The position numbers and the translations under genes are program-made. This document shows positions 11,158 through 20,176 of a stretch of 64,000 nucleotides of DNA, piece by piece. Positions within the stretch are counted from its first letter, which is position 1. Each line of letters opens with the position of its first letter. Under the pieces are notes generated by a model. The model was not told where the DNA came from, searched no databases, and worked only from the letters and a program-made list of their open reading frames with translations. Source of the DNA: Vermamoeba vermiformis (Eukaryota); the NCBI GenBank assembly GCA_045837725.1, contig JBEWZL010000232.1:310001-374000 (forward strand), in the 5' to 3' direction.

Positions 11158-13933
11158 TTAGCCTCCTATTAATATCATAGGCCTATTTGTTTGTTTGTTC
11201 TTCTCGATCTCGTACATCCCGTCGTGCGAGGCTTTCTTTCGTCGAACAGCAGCACGGACTGTAGTGCGCAGTTCATCGTCGGTAGCGCCTGCTCTAATTT
11301 GATCGCGCAGACTGACTTCATTGGCTCCGAATAGGCACACCTAAAAAAACAAAGCAGATCAGCACAACCTCGGTCAATAGATCGGATCTGGCGCAAAAAA
11401 AAAAGAGAAAGTGATTGCGTATCGCGCAACCTGTGACCAAGAGCACCAGACCTGCACCGCGGCAAATCTAGTGCCCTTAAATCCGAAGTATGTGAACACA
11501 CAACCCTTGGGTTTTTGTTGAAAACAACACGTTTTACGATGAAGCGCGGTTACAGAGCACCTTCTCAGTCTCAAAGATGAATTTCTGCTCACTGAATTGA
11601 CGGCACATCATGACACCCAGAAAATTATGGTTCTGTTGAAAGAAAGTGCGCCGAGGATTCTTGTGTCAATATTGTACTACATACTGCCAATGTACAATAT
11701 TTCGTCAGGCTGTGCATTTGACGCGTCAAAATTTTTTTCGTGGCTTCTCCAGCACCAAATTTTACGACCGAAGCATGGATGTGACCGCGTGTGCACGCTA
11801 AAATACACTTTGTTTTTTCATTCAAAACAAGGAAGTTTAAGAAGCACGATAATCTGTGCGTTGTGGTGTGCTGCAAACACCAAACAATCACTACCCAATT
11901 TGTGCACGGGCCTGATCTAGTAATTTTTTCGGGGACGTAATATTGTACTAATAAAAATTAAAAAAAAGATAGTAGGCCCGGGTGCGAGTTACACGCACAT
12001 CCACTCGAATTATCCTCTTCAAACGTAAATGTTGTTGGAATCACCGAAGTGACAGACGAGGGGGCTATTATTGCCCAACGCAGGCCTACATCCCGTGGAC
12101 AGGCGAACTGAGACTCATTTACCGCTGCATATATCTAACGGTACTTTGTTGTGGTATCAGCGCCACAATTGTCCACAAATAATATGGAGAATTCCAAAAA
12201 GCGGAAAAGAACCGGATGTGCCACCGATGGCGCACGATCAAAAAGTTGTAGTTATAATAAGTTATTACTTACCTTGAGTGAGCCATCAGCCATTAATCTG
12301 AGTCTATTGCACGAGCCACAAAAGTTATTGCTCATGGATGTGATGAATCCGACTTTGCCTCTGAATCCTTTGACGCCATAAGTCTTCGACGTATTATTAG
12401 GCACATCCTAGGTGTATTATAAGTTAATATCATCTATATCAAAGCAGTTTAAGGGGTCAACGTACCGGCAACCGTTCCAGCGGGAATTCTCGTTTGATAA
12501 TGTCAATCATCTCCAAATACGACAAAAACTTCTTATCATTCCATGTATTGCCTTCAAAGGGCATATATTCGATGAATCGGACCTCGATCTGATGCAGAAC
12601 CAGCAGTTAGTAAGTATACGCGTTCGTTCAGCAAGAGGCAGCCATATGGTTGTATAAATACTCGCAATAGATACTTACAGGTTGTTTTTCAGTCCAGCGC
12701 ACAAAGTCCAGTATTTCGCTGTCATTTACACCGCGCATCACCACGCAGTTCACTTTGACTGGATCGTACCTGCAGAACAATCAGAAAATGAGCGTTAGAT
12801 TGCTGCATTATATTTTGATTATGTAATCCATACCCCATCTCTAATGCTAAGTTAATTGATCGCATCACGTGGTCAAATCCGTCGCGGCGAGTAATGAGAG
12901 GAAATTTGAGCGGATCTAATGTGTCTAAACTGATATTTAACAGATTTAAGCCCGCTGCTTTCAATGCTGGTAATTTTCGAGCGAGTACTAGGCCATTAGA
13001 GGTCATGGCTAGTGTTTTAATACCCTCGATCCGACCGAGTTCTTGACAGAGCTCTACAATATCCTTTCTAATCTATAATACCAGCTATTAGAAGTCATAA
13101 TATTATATGTATGTACGTACGGTAGGTTCTCCACCGGTTAATCTAATCTTATCGACTCCTTCTGAAGCAAATAGTTTCGCGATCCGAATTATTTCGGATG
13201 TGGTTAACAGCTGATCATTAGGCGAAAGATCTACGCCCTATCATATAATATTACTACAAATGTTGATAATAGTGCTATCACATTAACGTACCTCTTCGGG
13301 CATACAATATTTACAACGGAGATTGCAGCGCTCAGTGATGGAGATCCGCAAGTAATTGTGATAACGACCAAAAGTATCTGTCAACATATTATCTGATAGC
13401 TTGTCTAGCTTCTATAATAATCGAATAGACAATTAGTACCCCATAAATATTTTCTCTAGAATTTGACAACACAGATCCACTCGATCGAGGTTAAACGACT
13501 TACTTTTAAATCTTGGGTGTCGGTATTAGGTTGTGTACTATTATTGTTTGCATTAGGCAGCTTGATTTGTTGCTTTTGCTTTCCCGCGTCACCCGGAAAC
13601 ACATCCGAAGTGTACGATCGACTCACAGGCTGAATAACCGTTTGAGGTTAATCGAAGATTATTTAAAATTAAATACACTGCACATGAATATGGAGTTGAT
13701 TGAATAATTATGATTGGGAATCTCGAGAGATAATTAATATTCGATTTCTATAAATAACTGAAATTGGAATCAATATTCGGCATTGATTACACGCTGTAAT
13801 AATCGTATAATAATATTATCTATAATATGCTTACCTTGCCGAACCGTTTCGCTGTATTTCGAGAGGAGATCAAGGTATTTTTCAGTTGGGATCCGCAACC
13901 CCTCCGCAGCGCGGTCAAAAATAAATTATTCAT
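11158..13933 (-). CDS. MOCS1: GTP 3',8-cyclase MOCS1A/Cnx2/MoaA (radical SAM)
   Basis: [29 protein letters not shown] (CX3CX2C), [32 protein letters not shown] (CX2CX13C), C-terminal RPMILIGG. Exon 1 (13933-13835, [14 protein letters not shown]...) looks like a mitochondrial presequence. Confidence 0.95.
11395..11566 (-). ncRNA. Structured intronic RNA element B (unclassified)
   Basis: Closing stem GAGAAGGUG/CACUUUCUC (11566-11558 with 11413-11405). 17-bp hairpin 11439-11478 with four G-U pairs valid only on the minus strand. 3' hairpin GUUGCG-CGAUA-CGCAAU, then a U10 tract. Confidence 0.45.
11560..11615 (-). ncRNA. Candidate intronic double-guide box C/D snoRNA (18S rRNA targets)
   Basis: Box C-like AUGAUGU (11611-11605). 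Guide CCGUCAAUUC is antisense to conserved SSU GAAUUGACGG, followed by D'-like GUGA. Guide AUCUUUGAGA is antisense to 18S UCUCAAAGAU, followed by box D CUGA (11568-11565). Confidence 0.55.
11692..11948. repeat. Inverted repeat enclosing a hairpin-rich segment inside the moaA intron
   Basis: GTACAATATTTCGTC (11692-11706) pairs with GACGTAATATTGTAC (11934-11948) at 14/15 positions. Inner stem TCAGGCTGTGCA/TGCACGGGCCTGA. 12-bp direct repeat AATATTGTACTA at 11668 and 11939. Confidence 0.45.
11960..12094 (-). ncRNA. Structured intronic RNA element A (cloverleaf-like, unclassified)
   Basis: Closing stem GUAGGCCUG/CGGGCCUAC (12089-12081 with 11980-11972). Hairpins GGGC-AAUAAUA-GCCC, UCAC-UUCG-GUGA (cUUCGg loop) and GUGCG-UGUAACU-CGCAC, then a U8 tract. 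Confidence 0.45.
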
Positions 13934-14329
13934 TTCTATGGTGATGCTATGTACAGCTATATACAGTCGATTAAACAATAGAACCTTCCTCTGTTTAATA
14001 GAAGGACGCCACGTGCCCCGAAAATTCACACGGCGCCGCAAAATTCCTCGTGGAACCTTCCTTGGTTTCGATTTGTGATTATAATCTGCCAACTAGCACC
14101 ACTGCGCACCTAGTCGTGGCACTATATTAGTTGTAAGTGTTTATTAGGGCGGTATTTGGCTTAGTATTGCCGTGCAATATTTACAACATTAAATACCCGA
14201 GTAATTGATTTTGAATAATATTTTGGGCACGTAATTAGGCTTTTATATCATATTTAGTGCATCATATTTAATGCACCATATTACAATCACGTTAATTTTT
14301 CAAATTTGTCTAATGGATCTGTTCAAAGG

Positions 14330-14581
14330 ATGCAGGTTCGCTGTCTTTATTTTGCAGAAGCGAAGGATTTAGTAGGCTGTCGCGAAGAGACTATCACATT
14401 AGAACAAGGAGCAGACACTGCACAGCTCAAAAAAGTCTTACTAGCCCTACATCCATCCCTTCAAAAAATTATTCAGCATTGCATATTCGCAGTCAATCTC
14501 GAATACGAATCAGCTGATACTAATACCTTATTAAATAACGGCGACGAAGTGGCATTAATTCCACCCATATCAGGAGGTTAA
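14330..14581 (+). CDS. MOCS2A: Molybdopterin synthase sulfur carrier subunit MOCS2A/MoaD
   Basis: MQVRCLYFAEAKDLVG...FAVNLEY...LNNGDEVALIPPISGG with C-terminal GG. Confidence 0.95.
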   Translation: MQVRCLYFAEAKDLVGCREETITLEQGADTAQLKKVLLALHPSLQKIIQHCIFAVNLEYESADTNTLLNNGDEVALIPPISGG

Positions 14582-14597
14582 AACAAAAATTTTCAAA

Positions 14598-15352
14598 ATG
14601 TCAGATCACGATCAACACCACGAACATCACCACCACGAGCCCCATCATCATCATCATACTCACCAACACAAAAAAGATACATTAGATCCCTCTATTCCTC
14701 GCAAAGATTTCGTTAAAGTCCAAGAAGACAAGTTAGATCTAGAGCAGATCAGCAACCTTGTTCGCTGCGACGAAGCAGGAGCGATTTCAACATTTAGCGG
14801 CACTACTAAGAGCATATTTAACGGCAAGAAGGTCCTCAAGCTCGAGTACGAGGCCTATATTCCTATGGCTGAAAAAGAAATGAAAAAGATTTGCGACAAG
14901 ATCCGCAGGTAAACACCACTGGAACTACGTTGTAAATAGCACTGCTAATGTCACATTGCATTAATAGCAAGTGGGATGTCGCTCACATCGCCATATACCA
15001 CAAGATAGGTGAAGTACCGATTGGCCAGACGAGCGTCCTCATTGCAATTTCATCGGTGCACCGCAGCGTAAGTATTTTTTGCATTATTATTGACCCACTA
15101 TACTTACTACTAAGTATTACATCGCAATATGAAATACTTAGAATACGTTAAATTATGTTACATAATGTTATTGCAAGCTGACAAATTACGAGTGTGCGTA
15201 CTCATGTTTTGAATGATTAGGACTCGCTAGAAGCACTTCACTTTGCGATTGATGAGTTAAAAGCGACAGTGCCCGTGTGGAAGCGCGAGTATTATGAAGA
15301 TGGCTCGGTGTGGAAAGAAAACGAAGAGTGGCGCAAGACTCACAAGTGTTGA
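14598..15352 (+). CDS. MOCS2B: Molybdopterin synthase catalytic subunit MOCS2B/MoaE with His-rich N-terminus
   Basis: [64 protein letters not shown]. Introns about 14909-14967 and 15068-15220. Confidence 0.95.
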
Positions 15353-15445
15353 GCGCAGATCTGCTTCAAATCTGACTTGTTTGTACATAGAAATGAATTT
15401 ACTACACTTCAAAGCAACGTGATCATACTATTATGATTATATTAG

Positions 15446-16697
15446 CTAATTAGAGCTTGGTGGATCAATGCCATAATTCTGTTCCAAATCCACGATCTGG
15501 TCGTTCTTGACCGTCACTAACGTGAAGGCAGAGCTCTCTTTTGTCGCTTCAGTCTCCCACTGCATGAATGTAGGCCACTCGTCGAATGCTATTTGATAGT
15601 TATTAATCTCAAATCTACAAGAGAAATAATCGCTGCTTACCAGTGCCGTTGTACCATATATGGAAATGACCTGGATCCGGATAAAAAACGGTAAGAATCT
15701 TGGTATAAGAATGTTATATTTGATATCATCGTTCTTACCTGCAAATACGCCCCAATATTTCTCAACAGGCATAATATTCGAGAGCATGGCGCGGTACTTA
15801 GCTTTCTCTTCGGACGTGAAGGTCATCAACCAGCTCGGACCCCACCAAGGAGTGCGGAATGGTTGATGTTGCAAAAATACAACTTGATTGAACTGATCTT
15901 GCGCTGCACTCAGCAATTTAAGGCGTTGTTGCAGCCACTGAAAAGTTCCTCCAGGAAAATTATACAAACTACCTCCAGGCATCGATCCCTTGTAGCCTAA
16001 TATGCTTAACGCATGTCTACGTGAATTCCAATCGAGTCCGTAAAACACTAATCGTCCGATCTTGATCTCGAAATTCTGGAAGTACGATTCCACGTTGTAA
16101 GTAGGATCCCAAGTAGGACCATCGGTATTATAGAACCAAGAAGAGCCAATTGTCACATTATTCAAGTCATCGGCCATTGTTTTAGCAAAGAGAACGTCGC
16201 CGTTAGGTCCCGGAGCCTCCCACGTTGAATTGTAAGGCCAAATATCGTGATTTCCTACAAAAAAATGGTAAACAAGTGCAAAATAACTTAATTCATGAAA
16301 TTACCTATGATTGGGAGGTAAGGCACATTGAGTTGATTTAAAATTTTCTTGGCTGCCGGCCATTGACTAAAATACGAGCTACTAGTCAAGTCACCAGTGA
16401 TAAATACGAATTTAATGTTCCTCTCCGTGATCAAGGAATTAATTTTCTGAACTGCAGCCAAGGTGTTCGTTGTGCTCTACGGAAAGGTGTCAAATAATTA
16501 TTTTAATTAAAACGAAATTAGTTAACCGCGGTGTCATTTAATTCACTTACTGCTGGACTTTCACCAATATGAATATCAGATAAAATAGCAAATGTGTATT
16601 GAGAGTCAGTTTGTTTCGTCGTTAAGATCTGATGTCTCGCTGCATGGGCGACTGCCATCAGCCCTAATACAATAAGCAATGAATATACTGCCTTCAT
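15446..16697 (-). CDS. Secreted calcineurin-like metallophosphoesterase
   Basis: Signal peptide MKAVYSLLIVLGLMAVAHA. Motifs SDIHIG, ITGDLT, IIGNHD, LQHQP, FAGHFH across exons. Confidence 0.85.
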
Positions 16698-16824
16698 TTT
16701 AAGGCGTGGTGCTAAAGATTAGGTGCTAAAAACAAAATTGCTAATAGCAAAACAGAAAATGACACTTTGACACGAAGAAATGTGAAGTAGTTTACATGTG
16801 CTGGTATTAATATACATCCTCTAT

Positions 16825-18072
16825 TTACATAGATCCGCCGGACAACAGCTCTTCATCTTCTGGCAGTGCATTGAGATCCTCGCTGAAGTGGTCCTCCATG
16901 GATTCAAATTCAACGCTGCTTGCGTTAGAACCATTCTGCGAATTATACGATGCCGAGCCATCTTCTTGACCCTCATTATCACTGTTATTATTATTGTCTC
17001 GATCTAGCTCCATCTTAATTTCAACTGGCCAAACCATCGTACCCACGGGAATAGGCAAGTTGACACCAAACAATCTCACCACACCCATGTAATCTAGTGC
17101 TAATTAGTATCACAATCATATTAGACTGCCGGTTACTTACATCTGTCATCAATGCCGTGGCCATTAGCGGGCCCAAAGGTCTGTTTGATGAGCGTGAATG
17201 AGCGCGCGGACTCGTGTTCTGCGTCAGTGGTGTAAACAGTCTTGTTGCTCGGTGACATGAGCGAGGTGGAAGTGAATTTAGTTGACGGTCTCGCTGAGCT
17301 AGTTGCTGCTTTCTGCTGGCTACTGTTGTGTGCCTGACGGCCTCGTAGTTTTTTCGGAGGTCGTCCTTTGCGTTTTGCTTCAAGTTGGCCTTGACTGGCC
17401 TTATTCCTCTCATATTTATCCGAATCACTGACGAGCTTTAAAAGTGGCACAGTGCGCTGTGTGTGGTACTAAAAATATTTTTAAATATTAATTCCGCTCC
17501 AATTGAAATTGTGACCAAAAAAATGTAAAATAACGAGATTAGGTGTAAGGAGACTGTGATTTAAATATTGCGTACCTTGGCTTCAATTATTTTTTTCAAT
17601 CCAGCCAAATTTTTGTATTGAGGGTTCACCACAGCACCCCTGCGGCTTACCAAAAGGTGATTTTCATCTCTAAGAAAATGCCCTATCTTGACACGAAGAT
17701 CCATGTTGGCAAATGACCGCGCAGGTAGGATACGAGTTTCATCTGGTCCTGTAGCAGCAATGCACGTGTCTATAAGGGCTAAAGATTGCTGAATGATGTC
17801 ATCTCCCATTACTGCTTAATATTCCAACGTAATGTTTAGCATGAATTGTGCTGTTGTGTCGCAGGACCTGATCAACAATAGAATACCAACAACGAACTTG
17901 ATATGGATGATCTAAGTCACATTCTACAATATGAGATATATCTTGCCATTTATGGCTTGTCTGGTGTAAATCTTTTGATTCATAACATTGAGCGCTTACA
18001 GATCCGATCCGATCAGCAACCGAAGAAGTAGACTTACCAGTGCCAAATCAATCCTACTCGAGTAAACGTCAT
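16825..18072 (-). CDS. Hypothetical protein, possibly nuclear (CxxC near N-terminus, RKGRPPKK AT-hook-like motif, acidic tail)
   Basis: A phase-consistent five-exon model can be built from ATG 18072 to the stop at 16825. No family recognised. Confidence 0.55.
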
Positions 18073-18261
18073 ATTGTTAAAGAATTCTAGCTTATCGGCA
18101 GGGTTCCAAGGCCACTTCAAATTTCCAACTTTTGACGAGCAAAATCTTATTGATTCGCCTAACAGCCAAAAAATTATTAGACCATTTATTTAACGATATA
18201 AGACCACTGCACGTCTAGTCTTTTATATTGTAGATAATATTTCTATCTGGACACATTAACA

Positions 18262-19861
18262 ATGGCAGATGCAGTAAGTAACGGTTTTGGTTTCTGATGT
18301 CGCATCAAAATTTATATATAAATATATTCCAATACAAATTATTAATAACGTGATATAAATATTACTACAGTAATTGTGACATCTAAATGCATCAATTATA
18401 ACTCACATCTAACGTTGTTGAAATTTGCTCAACTAATAATTCAAATTTACACCAGAACGAAGTAGTGGAATGGGCCAACAATTTAAAATGGGACAAATGT
18501 ATGCAGACTATAATATTTATACTTCAATACAGCCGGAGAAATGCTCGATCTCAAATTCGGTTTTTTATTGATGCTCTCTAACGAAAGATTTCTTGACCCG
18601 GTAAACTGATTCTTTTTGCATATAGATGCTGGAAATAAAGAAATTGTTGACGGATTGGCCGCTTTGCGACAAAAAATCACAGCTTTGGAAGGAGCTGAAG
18701 GTAGACCGTTATGAATTAAACCGCATCTCAACGAGAAAAACAAGATAAATCAATAATCACATCAATAGCATCGAGGAGATATTTATTAAATATGTTGAAC
18801 GAATAATAATACCGGTATTATTTTAATTTCGAACCCTTTTGCTGAATCTGTTTTTTTACATAGGCGGTGCTGGTGGCAATCAAAGAGTTAAATTAGTTGT
18901 TGTCGGTGATGGTGCCGTCGGTAAGTACATCAGGATTCCTCTATTTCAGCCCTTCTCGTAACATTTTCGATCACATCGACGAGAAAATCTTATTTAATTT
19001 GAATCACCAAATATTAATGTATTATTCTAGGCAAAACATCTTTGTTGATTTCATTCGCCGAAAACAAATTCCCTGAGGATTACGTCCCCACAGTCTTCGA
19101 AGTAAGCAAAGCCTCATGAAAATATTCCGTTTTTAGAAATTAGTGCAAAGACCAGCGAAAGCTCGTTATGCGAGGCTGATACTAATATTGTGATTATAGA
19201 ACTACACTTCTAGAATTACACGCGACGACGGTACACTTGTTTTGTTGCATTTGTGGGATACAGCCGGTCAAGAGGATTACGACCGATTGCGACCTTTGAG
19301 CTACCCTGGCGCTGACGTCATTTTGCTCTGTTTCTCGACTGTCACTGCCTCGTCATTTGCCTCCATTAAAGAAAAGGTGCGTAGTCTTTACTTGAGAGTT
19401 TTTGTTGTTTTTTGTCCCATGTCAAAACGACGTCTTAGCTGATCTTGTATGACATTTGCAATGGACTAATATATGCGTTATAGTGGTACCCCGAAGTCAA
19501 CCACTACGTGCCCGATGCTCCTTATATTTTGGTCGGCACCAAGCTCGACTTGCGTGAGGCTGGTCTGCCCGATCCCTCCACCGGCGAATCAGATCCCGTC
19601 ACGCCCGAGAAGGCTGAAGAGATGCGAAAGCAAATCAAAGCGTTGAAGTATATTGAAGTCTCAGCCAAGACACGAAAGAACTTGCAGACGTTGTTTTCAG
19701 AAGCCGTGGAAATTGTGTTGGCTGAACGACGTGCACACGAGCCTCCCAAGCCCAGTTCTCCGTCAACAGCGAACGGCGCTAACGGCACTAAGACTGACAC
19801 GCACACTCCGCGCGAAGAGCCCATCCGAAAGAAGAAGGAGCGTCGCTGCTTGTTGATGTAA
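18262..19861 (+). CDS. Rho-family small GTPase with N-terminal extension
   Basis: [54 protein letters not shown], polybasic region plus CAAX (RRCLLM). The first exon is a 12-nt micro-exon. Confidence 0.92.
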
Positions 19862-20176
19862 GAGCCCCTGAACGGTCCCTCAAAACATCGACTCGAGATC
19901 TGCACTATTACTATTTTATTTGTCGTTTTTAACTTATATTTAATTTCAAAAAACCTTTCAACCAATAAGCCACGATGCATCGTGCAGTCAAATTTTTTGG
20001 TAGCCGGATCTGCTATCGATCTTGTATTATCGACTTGTAATTAATAGGACTGTAACGGCATCGCGCTTCTTTATTTATTACAATAAAAACAAAAAATTAA
20101 AAAAAAAGCTGCTTAGATTGAGTCCTTAGAGTCTATTTTAAGCCTTGTAACTGGCTAGTTTGTCGCAGATCTCAAC

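Noticed and set aside
11545-11620. TPP riboswitch-like pattern GGGTGTC...GACTGAGA...AACC on the minus strand
   Set aside because: The pyrophosphate-binding half (CUGAU...UAAU...GCG.AGG) is absent, and the two rRNA-antisense elements explain the segment better.
11960-12094. tRNA, tRNA-Sec or 5S rRNA
   Set aside because: Cloverleaf-like and about 120 nt, but there is no GTTC T-loop, no D-loop GG, no proper anticodon loop and no 5S consensus.
11341-12272. Canonical bacterial Moco RNA motif, group I/II intron, snRNA, RNase P/MRP, SRP or a hidden moaC in the moaA intron
   Set aside because: I could not find their diagnostic motifs in the correct order, and no ORF resembles MoaC. A covariance-model search is still needed.
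11175-12657. Short ORFs listed inside or antisense to moaA
   Set aside because: Shadow ORFs over the intron and exons with no protein-like features.
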